Shown piece after piece: positions 8,276 through 17,873 of a DNA stretch of 26,594 nt; positions within the stretch are counted from its first letter, which is position 1, and every line of letters starts with the position of its first letter. The notes under the pieces were generated by a model, which was given only the letters and a program-made list of their open reading frames with translations, did no database searches and had not been told where the DNA came from. The position numbers and the translations under genes were made by a program. Origin of the DNA: Coleofasciculus chthonoplastes F2-STO-03 (GTDB lineage Bacteria; Cyanobacteriota; Cyanobacteriia; Cyanobacteriales; Coleofasciculaceae); contig JAVJWO010000050.1 of assembly GCA_040222015.1 (NCBI GenBank), positions 1 to 26,594 of the forward strand. The letters run 5' to 3'.

Positions 8276-8614
8276 GATAATATTTTCCTGCCTTGCACAA
8301 CGTATATCAACGTGTTGTTTTTTTTGATTAAACCAAGAGCATTTCATCCATAAGCCTTGGATGTTTATCCCTATCTATAGGGATATCAAGATCTTTGTTT
8401 AAGCTGGATCTTAAAACATCAGCAATTCTAGATTGTCGGGTTTTGAGCGAGAAGCTTTTCGTTAAAACCCGGGTATTGAGCCGAGGGATATTGGGTTGAC
8501 TCCCCTCCCGCCAGCAGAATAAATATTGGCTTTAATACGCCAAATTAGGGTATAAATTCTTGGTCTGGCGGTCAGTCATCTTAGACCGATAAGGGAGTCA
8601 GAATCAGGGCTTGC

Positions 8615-8701
8615 TCATCGTTAATGTAGACCGCGTAGGTCTTATGCTGGTCAGGTATGGCTTTATTTCAAGCCCCCGCCTTTAGGCGTGGGGTTCCTGA
8701 C
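8615..8701 (-). mobile_element. 5' fragment of a HEARO / IscB omega-RNA-like element (IS200/IS605 superfamily end)
   Basis: Minus strand reads GTCAGG-AACCCCACGCCTAAAGGCGGGGGCTTGAAATAAAGCC-ATA-CCTGAC-CAGCATAAGACCTACGCGGTCTACATTAACG. It has a closing GTCAGG/CCTGAC stem, a GCCTAAAGGC hairpin, a GGCTT/AAGCC hairpin, then TGACCAG and CTAC(A)TT. No iscB ORF follows. Confidence 0.7.
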
Positions 8702-8742
8702 GATTCGTGTTAACGATTTCGGATGACTTTTTCCACCCCAGA

Positions 8743-9045
8743 CTATCGATATTGATCTTTTTTACTGTAGAGAATGTGATTATCTACACTAACAGTGTCG
8801 ATAATCCCCACTACCATAGCATCAATAGGGCGCTTATCATTTTCACCCACCTGGCGGGCTGCGCTGCCGCAACTCACCAAAACCCACTCATCCACACCCG
8901 CACCGACGACATCTGCTGCCACTTCGTAGTTAGGTAGAGGTTTACCCTCATCATCCATAAACTGTACTAAGAGAAATTTTACACCTCTCAGGCTGGGTTC
9001 TTTACAAGTACTAACGACTGTCCCCCGCACTCTGGCAATTTGCAT
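8743..9045 (-). CDS. ccmL: Carboxysome vertex pentamer CcmL
   Basis: MQIARVRGTVVST, YEVAADVVGAG, GSAAR, PIDAMVVGIIDTV (EutN/CcmL family). Confidence 0.97.
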   Translation of the reverse strand: MQIARVRGTVVSTCKEPSLRGVKFLLVQFMDDEGKPLPNYEVAADVVGAGVDEWVLVSCGSAARQVGENDKRPIDAMVVGIIDTVSVDNHILYSKKDQYR

Positions 9046-9183
9046 TTATCCTCCACGGTTGGGATGTTGGATCGTCGGTTCTGGGCGGACTGAGTTGCCG
9101 TTTTTTTTAACGAGCAAGTCTTGCCTTTGTCTCAATCCCCAATTAACCTTTCCCATAATCATTTAAGGATAAGGGTATTGGTC

Positions 9184-9525
9184 TTAGGGACGGTTAAGCG
9201 GGCGGATGGCATTCGTGCTTTCTCGGAACTGTTCTACGTCTTCAGTGTACCGAATCGGCAGCACGTACTCTAGGTTTTCATGGGGACGGGCGATAATGTG
9301 AGTGGATAGAACCTGACCCCCATTGACGCGCTTGACGTTCTCCACACCAGCGGCTACGGAGGCTTGGACTTCCGACACATCGCCCCGGACGATAACCGTA
9401 ACTCGACCACTGCCGATTTTTTCATACCCGACCAACGTGACGCGGGCGGCTTTCACCATGGCGTCAGCGGCTTCGACGACAGCCGGAAAGCCGAGGGTTT
9501 CTACCATTCCAACGGCGATTGACAT
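9184..9525 (-). CDS. ccmK1: Carboxysome shell hexamer CcmK1 (C-terminally extended paralog)
   Basis: [27 protein letters not shown]...KIGS...[14 protein letters not shown] with a ~10-aa extension ([12 protein letters not shown]). Confidence 0.92.
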   Translation of the reverse strand: MSIAVGMVETLGFPAVVEAADAMVKAARVTLVGYEKIGSGRVTVIVRGDVSEVQASVAAGVENVKRVNGGQVLSTHIIARPHENLEYVLPIRYTEDVEQFRESTNAIRPLNRP

Positions 9526-9611
9526 AAATGTTTCTCCAAAATCTAGGGGTTTGTCTGTTTTGACACCTTGGGAGCGCCAGGATTTAGCCCAATCTAAGCG
9601 TAGAGGTTCCG

Positions 9612-9923
9612 CTAATATGAGCGGAATTGCTCCACGGCTTCGCTATATCGAATCGGTAGAACGTATTCCAAGTTTTCGTGGGGACGGGCAATGATGTGGG
9701 TGGATACGACTTCACCCCCATTGACCCGATTGGCAGATTCTATACCAGCAGCGACGGAGGCTTGAACTTCTGATACATCGCCCCGAACAATCACCGTGAC
9801 CCGCGCGCTACCAATTTTTTCATACCCGACCAAGGTGACACGGGCAGCTTTCACCATGGCATCGGCGGCTTCGACGACAGCCGGAAAGCCTTTGGTTTCA
9901 ATCATTCCTACAGCAATTGGCAC
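9612..9923 (-). CDS. ccmK2: Carboxysome shell hexamer CcmK2
   Basis: GTG start at 9923 ([14 protein letters not shown]) preceded by SD AAGGAG; 103-aa BMC-H protein. Confidence 0.92.
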   Translation of the reverse strand: MPIAVGMIETKGFPAVVEAADAMVKAARVTLVGYEKIGSARVTVIVRGDVSEVQASVAAGIESANRVNGGEVVSTHIIARPHENLEYVLPIRYSEAVEQFRSY

Positions 9924-10536
9924 GTTGATTTTCTCCTTGTGAATACGTTGACTATGAGTCAGCCCATCCCCGTTGGGCAAAAATTTGGACGGGAATGCCG
10001 AAGTTTAGACTAATAAATTACTAGCCAAAACCAAGCATAGAGAAGCTTGGCACAATTGACAATATAAATTATTATGATAATTCTTAATCGAACTGTTTAA
10101 CAAAACTTAACTTTAGAGCGATAATAATCGAGAGGTTGGGCAAAATTCTCAGCTTTTGCGAAATGTTGGCTTTGTTTTATAATTTTTGGGTAACGTTTTT
10201 ATAAGTTAAAGTGACTCGACTCCAGACGCCGGGACAATCACCTCAAAATCAAGCAGGGGCAACGGGTAGGAGAAACGCCTGATACCGAGTTGCGCTCTTT
10301 CCATAGTAGATAGGAAAAGCAGGGGGAGCAGAGGGAGCGGAGGAAGCTGGGGGAGAGGTTAGCGGTTAGCGTTATTTCTACCTTCTTGCACTATTGTTAA
10401 GTATAAGCTCAGATTATCACTTTGATTAAGCTGACGTTCAAATAGGGGGATTCAAACGGCGGGCGATCGCACTGGAGAGTTCCTAGGTCAATACGCCAAC
10501 TATTCATCGGATCAACCAACGAGGTAGGCGAGGGGG

Positions 10537-12420
10537 ATGACAGAGTTTCTGAATCAGACAATTTGGTTAGTGCCGTTTTATGGGTTAATTGGTGCCATCT
10601 TCAGCTTACCTTGGGCAACGGGTATGATTCGCCGTACCGGTCCTCGTCCGGCTGCCTATTTTAACATATTAATGACAATTTTTGCCTGTATTCACGGTTG
10701 GGTAATCTTCCGGTCTGCCGTGAATCAGCCGATGGTGAACGAGTTTGTATTTGACTGGCTGCAAGTTGGCGGCGTCAATTTCTCCTTCGCCCTAGAAGTT
10801 TCGCCTGTGAGTACAGGTGCGGCAGAGGTGGTGACCAGCCTCTGCCTGTTAGCGCAACTGTATGCCCTAGGATACATGGAAAAAGACTGGGCATTAGCCC
10901 GCTTTTTTGCCTTAATGGGATTCTTTGAAGGGGCGATGAGTGGAATTGCCTTGAGTAATTCCCTACTATTGAGCTATGCCCTGTTGGAAATGCTCACCCT
11001 CTCCACCTATTTACTCGTTGGTTTTTGGTATGCTCAACCCTTAGTGGTTACCGCTGCACGAGATGCCTTTTTAACCAAGCGAGTGGGTGACCTGTTGCTG
11101 TTAATGGGGGTTGTCACCCTGGGAAGCCTCGCCGGTAGCTTAAACTTTAATAACCTATACGATTGGGCAGGAACAGCAAACCTTTCCCCCATCCTCGCCA
11201 CATTACTGGGATTAGCCCTAATTGCCGGACCCCTGGGAAAATGCGCTCAATTTCCCCTGCATTTGTGGTTAGACGAAGCCATGGAAGGACCCAACCCCGC
11301 CTCCGTGTTGCGGAATTCGCTAGTCGTCTGCTGTGGGGCGTATGTGTTGATTAAACTGCTGCCGATTTTAGCCCTATCCCCAGTCACCTTATCTGTGTTA
11401 GTGGTAATTGGCACGATCACCGCGATTGGTGCATCCTTAGTCGCCATTGCCCAAATTGATATTAAGCGATCGCTCTCCCATACCACCAGTGCGTATTTAG
11501 GGTTGGTGTTTATCGCCGTGGGAACCGGACGCGCCGATATTGCCGTGGCATTACTCCTCGCCCACGCCTTTGCCAAAGCCCTATTATTTATGAGTACCGG
11601 TTCGATTATTCTCACCACCAGTAACCAAAATCTCACCGAGATGGGCGGCTTATGGTCACGAATGCCCGCCACAACCAGTGCTTTTGTTGTCGGAACAGCG
11701 GGGATGATTGGACTATTGCCCCTAGGAGGCTATTGGGCGATAAGTAAAGGCATTAATTCACTGTGGGCGGATTCGCCCGGATTAGTCGCAACCTTTATCG
11801 TGGTGAATGGGATTACAGCTTTAGGATTAACCCGCGTCTTTCGCCTAGTATTTTTAGGCAATCCCCAGCCCAAAACCCGCCGCGCCCCGGAAGTGGCGTG
11901 GCCCATGGCGTTACCTATGGTGGGGTTAACTCTGATTAATTTGGGGATGCCTTTGTTGCTGCAACAATTAAACCTGTTACCTGTTGCCAAGTATGAGTAC
12001 CTGATTGAAGTACCCCAACTGGTATTATTGGGTTCCAGTGTAGTGGGTTGTGCGATTGGGGGTTTAATGGACTTACACAGAACTGGATTGCGATCGATTC
12101 TCTTACCTGTGAGATTTTTGCAAGACCTTTTAGCTTATGATTTTTACGTCAATCGACTCTACAACCTGACTGTGGTCTTTGCTATTGACCTGTTTTCTAA
12201 ACTGACCGACTGGATTGACTGTCATATTGTCGATGGTGCGGTGAATTTAGTCGGTCTTGCGACTGTGGTTGGGGGTCAATCCTTGAAATATAGTGTTTCG
12301 GGGAAATCCCAGTTTTACCTGTTAACGATTCTGATTGGTGTCAGCTTATTGGCACTGTTGATGAGTTGGCCCCTCAGTCAGTGGGACTGGGAACGGTGGT
12401 TGTTTCTGAATGGGCAATAA
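10537..12420 (+). CDS. ndhF4: NDH-1 CO2-uptake subunit NdhF4
   Basis: RRTGPRPAAYFN, ALGYMEKDWALARFF, AQFPLHLWLDEAMEGPNP, KTRRAPEVAWPMA. First gene of an F-D-cup cluster. Confidence 0.9.
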   Translation: MTEFLNQTIWLVPFYGLIGAIFSLPWATGMIRRTGPRPAAYFNILMTIFACIHGWVIFRSAVNQPMVNEFVFDWLQVGGVNFSFALEVSPVSTGAAEVVTSLCLLAQLYALGYMEKDWALARFFALMGFFEGAMSGIALSNSLLLSYALLEMLTLSTYLLVGFWYAQPLVVTAARDAFLTKRVGDLLLLMGVVTLGSLAGSLNFNNLYDWAGTANLSPILATLLGLALIAGPLGKCAQFPLHLWLDEAMEGPNPASVLRNSLVVCCGAYVLIKLLPILALSPVTLSVLVVIGTITAIGASLVAIAQIDIKRSLSHTTSAYLGLVFIAVGTGRADIAVALLLAHAFAKALLFMSTGSIILTTSNQNLTEMGGLWSRMPATTSAFVVGTAGMIGLLPLGGYWAISKGINSLWADSPGLVATFIVVNGITALGLTRVFRLVFLGNPQPKTRRAPEVAWPMALPMVGLTLINLGMPLLLQQLNLLPVAKYEYLIEVPQLVLLGSSVVGCAIGGLMDLHRTGLRSILLPVRFLQDLLAYDFYVNRLYNLTVVFAIDLFSKLTDWIDCHIVDGAVNLVGLATVVGGQSLKYSVSGKSQFYLLTILIGVSLLALLMSWPLSQWDWERWLFLNGQ

Positions 12421-12427
12421 AAATTTT

Positions 12428-12648
12428 GTCGGGGTGGGTTGAACTATTATTGTTTATGAGTTAACCCTAATGTGGCTCAACCTGCCATGATTGATTTGTT
12501 GGCATCGAAATTATATTTTTTTAACGCAGAGGGACGCAGAGGTTAACGCAGAGGGACGCAGAGGAGCATAAGCAATGAGAAATGAGTTGGTTTGCTTTTT
12601 TTCGGGAAGCGAGTATGACTAATGACTAATGACATAAGACGAATGACA
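12428..12648. repeat. Repeat-rich spacer: degenerate GGGCGGGTT-type inverted repeat, 2 x 22-bp direct repeat and AATGAC(T/A) heptamers
   Basis: GGGGTGGGTTGA...TCAACCTGCC (12431-12486); TTAACGCAGAGGGACGCAGAGG twice (12521-12564); heptamers at 12614-12648. Confidence 0.7.
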
Positions 12649-12652
12649 AATT

Positions 12653-14137
12653 ATGCTAAGTGCTTTAATTTTAGTTCCGCTGTTAACAGCCCTAGTTGTA
12701 GGATTTTTGCCCACGACGCTGATGGGAAAAGGGGCGCGTCAAGTCACACTAATTGTTACGAGTGGTCTGTTTATTTGGTCACTGGTACTGCTAGCGCAGT
12801 TTAATCCCGGTCAGATGAGTCTTCAATTTCAAGAAAAACTATCTTGGATTGAGTCAATTGGGTTAACTTACAGTTTAGGTATCGATGGGTTGTCAATACC
12901 TTTAGTGGTATTAAATGGCTTACTCACCGTGCTGGCGGTTTACGCGACTGATGAGGAGTTAGAACGCCCTCGATTTTATTACACGCTAATTCTGGTATTA
13001 AATGCTGGGGTGGCAGGGGCATTTTTGGCGCAAGACTTATTGCTGTTTTTCCTATTCTATGAACTGGAATTAATTCCCTTATATTTGTTAATTGCTATCT
13101 GGGGCGGAAAACGGCGTGGCTATGCGGCGACTAAGTTTCTTTTATATACAGCGGCGTCTGGGGCGCTGGTTTTAGCGGTCTTTTTAGGTTTGGTCTTTTT
13201 GAGTGGGGCAAATACCTTTGCGTACAGCAATGTGCAGAACTTAGCTTCATTATTGCCTGTAGGTCGTCAATTGCTGTTATTAGGCGGAATTCTGATCGCT
13301 TTTGGGATTAAAATTCCTTTAGTACCCTTTCATACCTGGTTACCCGATGCCCACGTTGAAGCATCCACACCGATTTCTATGCTGTTGGCGGGGGTGTTGC
13401 TGAAGTTAGGAACCTATGGATTATTGCGCTTTGGTTTAGGATTATTCCCAGAAGCTTGGACAGTCGTTGCGCCTTGGTTAGCGATATGGGCGGTTGTCAG
13501 TGTGCTTTATGGGGCGTTTAATGCGATCGCGCAACGGGATATGAAGAAGATGGTGGCGTTTAGTTCAGTGGCGCACATGGGGTATATTTTACTGGCTGCG
13601 GCGGCGGCGACATCCATTTCTCTGGTGGCGGCGGTGATGCAAATGGTGAGTCATGGGTTAATCTCGGCGTTACTGTTTTTCCTGGTGGGGGTGGTTTATA
13701 AGAAGACGGGTTCGCGGGATTTAGATGTTCTTAATGGATTATTGAATCGGGAACGGGGATTACCGTTGATTGGTAGCTTTATGGTATTGGCGGTAATGGC
13801 AAGTGCGGGAATTCCGGGAATGGTGGGATTTATCTCCGAATTTCTGGTATTTCGGGGGAGTTTCCCGGTGTTTCCGGTGCAAACGCTTCTGTGTATGATT
13901 GGTACAGTTTTAACGGCGGTTTATTTCTTAATTCTGTTGGATCGCACCTTTTTTGGTCGTCTCTCGGCGCAGGTGATTGATTTACCCCGTGTTTACTGGA
14001 GTGAACGGATACCGGCGATTGTGTTAGCGGTGTTGATTGTTATTTTTGGCATTCAACCGGGATGGTTGGTGCGTTTGAGTGAAACCACTACAGCGACGAT
14101 GGTGACGAATTCACCGACAATGGCTTTAGGGAAATAA
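12653..14137 (+). CDS. ndhD4: NDH-1 CO2-uptake subunit NdhD4
   Basis: NuoM motifs LGIDGLS, FFLFYELELIP, PFHTWLPDAHVEA, LLAGVLLKLGTYG, SSVAHMGY; lies between ndhF4 and cupB. Confidence 0.9.
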   Translation: MLSALILVPLLTALVVGFLPTTLMGKGARQVTLIVTSGLFIWSLVLLAQFNPGQMSLQFQEKLSWIESIGLTYSLGIDGLSIPLVVLNGLLTVLAVYATDEELERPRFYYTLILVLNAGVAGAFLAQDLLLFFLFYELELIPLYLLIAIWGGKRRGYAATKFLLYTAASGALVLAVFLGLVFLSGANTFAYSNVQNLASLLPVGRQLLLLGGILIAFGIKIPLVPFHTWLPDAHVEASTPISMLLAGVLLKLGTYGLLRFGLGLFPEAWTVVAPWLAIWAVVSVLYGAFNAIAQRDMKKMVAFSSVAHMGYILLAAAAATSISLVAAVMQMVSHGLISALLFFLVGVVYKKTGSRDLDVLNGLLNRERGLPLIGSFMVLAVMASAGIPGMVGFISEFLVFRGSFPVFPVQTLLCMIGTVLTAVYFLILLDRTFFGRLSAQVIDLPRVYWSERIPAIVLAVLIVIFGIQPGWLVRLSETTTATMVTNSPTMALGK

Positions 14138-14184
14138 GGCAGATTGCAGATGGTAGATGGTAGAAGGGACGTTAATACTAAGTC

Positions 14185-14248
14185 AGGGCGGGTTTTGGAT
14201 AAACGTTACTATCAATAGCGAAAAGGAAGTTTCATTACCCGCCCCTAC
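14185..14248. repeat. REP/MITE-like inverted repeat element
   Basis: AGGGCGGGT ... ACCCGCCCCTAC; same family as 17874-17937. Confidence 0.7.
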
Positions 14249-14267
14249 ACACTCAAACCTAATTGCT

Positions 14268-15398
14268 ATGGTCATTAGTCAAAAAACCTCTAAAAATCAT
14301 CCCCTAGAACCTTACATTAAACGCCTTCACTCAGGGGAAGCGTTGCTGGTGGATTCACCAGAGAATGTACTAGAAGTTGTGGGCATTTTACATAGTTATG
14401 GCATTGTCCTGGATGCCTATTCCCGCAATCTAATTTATATTGCTGAGAATCAGTTTTTAGTCTTTTTTCCCTTCTTTAAATACTTCAACGGGGAGGTTTC
14501 TCTCCAGAAGCTAATACAGCACTGGTGGCATGATCGGATTAATTTTGAATATGCCGAATACTGTATGAAATCCATGTTTTGGCATGGGGGTGGAGGATTA
14601 GATGCTTATCTAGATACGCCAGAATTTAAACAACGCTGTGCCGCTGCGATTCAGGCAAAGTTTAAGGGGAATCCTTTTGTTAGAGGATTAAATGGGTTAT
14701 TTCCCGATTTTCTCACTGAACAAGCGCGTCAGATGGCATATTACAGTGGCTTGGGTCAATTCTGGCGGGTGATGAGTGATATTTTTATGGAGTTATCCAG
14801 TCGCTATGACAAGGGGGAAATTAAGACGATTCCCCAAGTGGTGGAACATATTTTAAATGGATTAGTGGCGGCGGCGAATAAACCGATTACGTATAGCGTG
14901 AAAATTCGCGATCGCGAGTTTGAGATTCTTCCCAAATCCGCTGGGTTAACCTTTCTCATGGATACAGGGGTACCCTATGTCGAAGCGATTTTCTTTCGGG
15001 GAACGCCGTTTTTGGGGACGGTTTCCTATAACGCCCAAGCCAATCAGATTCCGCCAGAACAAGGTAAGTTTACTTATGGGGCATTATATGCAGATCCGTT
15101 ACCGATTGGAGGATCGGGGATTCCGCCAACATTATTGATGCAGGATATGCGTCATTATTTACCGGATTATCTGCATCAAGTTTATCAGCGATCGCGTCGG
15201 GGAGAGGATGATTTGCGAGTGCAGATTTGCCAAACGTTTCAGAAGTCGATGTTTTGTGTAACAACGGCGGCAATTTTGGGATTAGCGCCTCATCCATTGG
15301 ATACGACGGAACCGGAACAACAGGCGGAAAATCGGGCGTATTTGGAAAGTTGGATGGATCGATTTGTCACATCGCGGATCAATGATGTTAATCAGTGA
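14268..15398 (+). CDS. cupB: CO2 hydration protein CupB (ChpX)
   Basis: LEVVGILHSYGIVLDAYS, HWWHDRINFEYAEYC, FFRGTPF, YGALYADPLPIGGSGIPPTLLMQDMRH. 376 aa from ATG 14268, the shorter CupB size. The track's upstream extension runs through a REP element. Confidence 0.9.
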   Translation: MVISQKTSKNHPLEPYIKRLHSGEALLVDSPENVLEVVGILHSYGIVLDAYSRNLIYIAENQFLVFFPFFKYFNGEVSLQKLIQHWWHDRINFEYAEYCMKSMFWHGGGGLDAYLDTPEFKQRCAAAIQAKFKGNPFVRGLNGLFPDFLTEQARQMAYYSGLGQFWRVMSDIFMELSSRYDKGEIKTIPQVVEHILNGLVAAANKPITYSVKIRDREFEILPKSAGLTFLMDTGVPYVEAIFFRGTPFLGTVSYNAQANQIPPEQGKFTYGALYADPLPIGGSGIPPTLLMQDMRHYLPDYLHQVYQRSRRGEDDLRVQICQTFQKSMFCVTTAAILGLAPHPLDTTEPEQQAENRAYLESWMDRFVTSRINDVNQ

Positions 15399-15409
15399 GT
15401 TATTGGTTA

Positions 15410-15450
15410 TTTGTCATTTGTCCTTTGTCCTTTGTCCTTTGTCCTTTGTG
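15410..15450. repeat. STRR-type heptamer tandem repeat TTTGTC(C/A)
   Basis: Five full copies plus a partial copy immediately after the cupB stop. Confidence 0.9.
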
Positions 15451-15489
15451 CTATCACTCATTCATAGGAAATAATTCTTATCTATTATT

Positions 15490-16131
15490 ATGACTCAAAC
15501 TCTTGCAGCTAGAGAAATTACTCTCCATGAATTAGAAACAAAATTTGGCATCCAGTTGGTTGAAGATGACCAATTCTTCCGAGAATGGCAGGACAACTTA
15601 CCGGAAATTACCGACGCAGAGAAAGAAAGGTTGGACAGAGTAAAACTCAGTTATCAGAATTTAACGAAATACCCACCTCTGTTGGAAAATACTGTAAAAA
15701 TGGTTGTTCTCTCTCCCTTGCTAGACTTAGCGGACTTCTACCTCCACCCTTTCCACATCAAATCCGAGAAGTCTGTGGCAATAGCGGCAGAAGATGAGGG
15801 AGTTATTGTCAGAGGAGAGATCGATGTATTGGCTTTATTAGAACAAATTTGGCTAGTCGTCATTGAATCAAAAAAAGCCGCATTTTCTTTAGACGTTGGC
15901 AAACCACAACTTCTTGCTTATATGCTGTCAAATCCCGATCGGGAAAAACCTGCCTACGGACTAATTACGAATGGGAGTAGCTTTAGATTTATAAAATTAG
16001 TCAAAGGAGAAACAACTCGATACGCTGTATCTAAACTGTTTGATATTTTCAATCCAGGAAATGAACTGTATATCGTTTTGAGTGTACTGAAGCGTTTAGG
16101 TCAATTAGCAATGAGTAACCAACTAGGATAG
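15490..16131 (+). CDS. Stand-alone PD-(D/E)XK nuclease-fold protein (HsdR N-terminal-like cyanobacterial family)
   Basis: GEIDVLAL...LVVIESKK, QLLAYM, YGLITNGSSFRFIK. Confidence 0.75.
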   Translation: MTQTLAAREITLHELETKFGIQLVEDDQFFREWQDNLPEITDAEKERLDRVKLSYQNLTKYPPLLENTVKMVVLSPLLDLADFYLHPFHIKSEKSVAIAAEDEGVIVRGEIDVLALLEQIWLVVIESKKAAFSLDVGKPQLLAYMLSNPDREKPAYGLITNGSSFRFIKLVKGETTRYAVSKLFDIFNPGNELYIVLSVLKRLGQLAMSNQLG

Positions 16132-16679
16132 GCGTAAGACTGGTGATTTTTTAATGGTAATCCCTGATACGTCGAACTTATTTCCCTAACACCCTGCTCA
16201 AATTCCTCCAGATTAATAGTGTCAACATCAATAAGTGCCTCAAATGCAATTGTCCACCAATTCTCATTATTAACCGTAAGCTGGGTTAACTCGTAGGTAA
16301 TCTCTTGGTAAAAACGTTGCGATCGCGCTTTGTTCACCGACACCCATGATCCTTGTCTCAAGCCGCCTTTGGGAATTAGATTCTCGGAGGTTGAGTCTTG
16401 GCAACTCCACTTAATCCATTGTTCAATCCCGCCTTCCCAATGGCGACTAAATTGTCGGATACCCAATTCCGCCTTACGCCACTTAACCTCTAAACTGCCT
16501 TGCCGAAATTTAATATTCAGATACGGACAATCTGGGATATAAAGATAGATATCCTCTCTGGTTTCTGGCAATCCTAATGTCTCGCCTGGACAATCTGTAG
16601 TAAACCAATCATTCACCTGTTTAGGTAAATTACCGCGATTGAACCAGCGCAGTTCTAACGTGATGAAGTCATTTGTCAT
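16101..16679 (-). CDS. Hypothetical protein, CYTH/triphosphate-tunnel-like
   Basis: N-terminal LELRWF, REDIYL, KFRQGSLEVK, V-x-K-x-R, ELT and terminal AFE resemble the CYTH layout. Overlaps the convergent gene by 31 bp. Confidence 0.55.
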   Translation of the reverse strand: MTNDFITLELRWFNRGNLPKQVNDWFTTDCPGETLGLPETREDIYLYIPDCPYLNIKFRQGSLEVKWRKAELGIRQFSRHWEGGIEQWIKWSCQDSTSENLIPKGGLRQGSWVSVNKARSQRFYQEITYELTQLTVNNENWWTIAFEALIDVDTINLEEFEQGVREISSTYQGLPLKNHQSYAYPSWLLIAN

Positions 16680-16717
16680 GTTTGAGGGAACAGGGAATAG
16701 GGAATTAAAATTCAGAC

Positions 16718-17545
16718 TTAATCCTGTTGGTGGGCAAATTTATAAGCCCCAACAAAGGAGAGTGCGATCGCGAAGGCTAATAACACTGGGATAGAATACC
16801 AGGGAAACTGGGATAGAGGTAAATAGGCAGCCGCCCGGAGTCCGGTACTGGCATAGCTGAGGGGTAACAAGTAGACGATAACTTTTAATGCCAAGGGTAA
16901 CGTTCTCGGATCAAAAAACGTTGCGCCTAAAAACGACATTGGTACAATCAAGAAATTGTTGTACAGTCCCACGGATTCTAAGGAATTGACATTCAATCCC
17001 ACAAGGACTCCTAACCCCGCAAATACGGCACAATTCAATAGCAACACTAGCAAAAATAAGGGATTGATAAAGCTGAAAACTTTGCCTGTAAACAGAATCG
17101 CTACCACAATCACTGAACCGGATGTCATCAACCCGCGCACGATTCCCGCTAGAATTTTACCCAAATACAGCGCTAACGGGTGTACAGGCATTAGTAGTGT
17201 TTCCGCAAAGGTTTTGGTATACAGCCGTTCACCGCATATCGAAAAGGTTGTCCCACTGAAGCTAATTGTCATCGATGAGAGGGCAATCATCCCTGGTAGG
17301 ATAAACTCTAAATAGCTGTCACCCGCCGCAGGTTCCATGGCTGAATCGAGGGCGCTACCTAATCCCAACCCAAATCCGATAATGTAAATTAGTGGGGAGA
17401 TGAGTCCAGCTGCCGCGACTTGCAGGATTCTCACCCGCAGCTTTAACCACTCACCCCAGAATACGGTGAGACTATCGGCGATGATGGTTTGCCATTGACT
17501 GCCTTTGAGAGTTTTGCTGAAGGGGAATACGAGATTAGACTTCAC
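16718..17545 (-). CDS. ABC-2 type transporter permease
   Basis: About six hydrophobic segments, SYLEFILPGMIA, GER...FAETLLMPV, FLGATFF, LLPLSY. Start uncertain; GTG at 17545 chosen. Confidence 0.85.
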   Translation of the reverse strand: MKSNLVFPFSKTLKGSQWQTIIADSLTVFWGEWLKLRVRILQVAAAGLISPLIYIIGFGLGLGSALDSAMEPAAGDSYLEFILPGMIALSSMTISFSGTTFSICGERLYTKTFAETLLMPVHPLALYLGKILAGIVRGLMTSGSVIVVAILFTGKVFSFINPLFLLVLLLNCAVFAGLGVLVGLNVNSLESVGLYNNFLIVPMSFLGATFFDPRTLPLALKVIVYLLPLSYASTGLRAAAYLPLSQFPWYSIPVLLAFAIALSFVGAYKFAHQQD

Positions 17546-17754
17546 AATATCGATATCGTTAACACCTTTTCTTAATATTACTTCATAATTCCCGGCATCT
17601 GGCTTATGGTGTGGGGGAGATGGGGATAAAGTGAGGAGGGCGGCGGAATGTTTGGTCCCAATCATGACCATTGTGTGGTAAAACATCTGCATCCTCAGTC
17701 AGGCGAATCCGGTGGTGGTGGGGTTGGGTTTGTTTCGCGATGTTTCGGTTAGGT

Positions 17755-17807
17755 ATGAGGGAGATGAGGGAGATGAGGGAGATGAGGGAGATGAGGGAGA
17801 TGGGGAG
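17755..17807 (+). repeat. 9-bp tandem repeat ATGAGGGAG, five copies plus a partial copy
   Basis: Directly visible; reads EGD repeats in the CHASE2 frame. Confidence 0.95.
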
Positions 17808-17873
17808 TTTAGTCAAAAGCTTACCCTCGAACCTCGTGAAGGGTCAATTGTCAGGGCGGCTTTAGCCATACTT

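Noticed and set aside
8276..8347. N-terminal extension of CcmM in the ORF track (likewise ccmK2 9924-9980, cupB 14157-14267 and permease 17546-17692)
   Set aside because: Family similarity and SD-like sequences begin at downstream starts; the extensions run through spacers or repeats.
15490..16131. Complete type I restriction-modification system
   Set aside because: Only a ~210-aa nuclease-like domain is present; no helicase, hsdM or hsdS.
12521..17807. Short tandem repeats as a possible CRISPR array
   Set aside because: No repeat-spacer alternation with unique spacers and no cas genes; these are STRR-type repeats.
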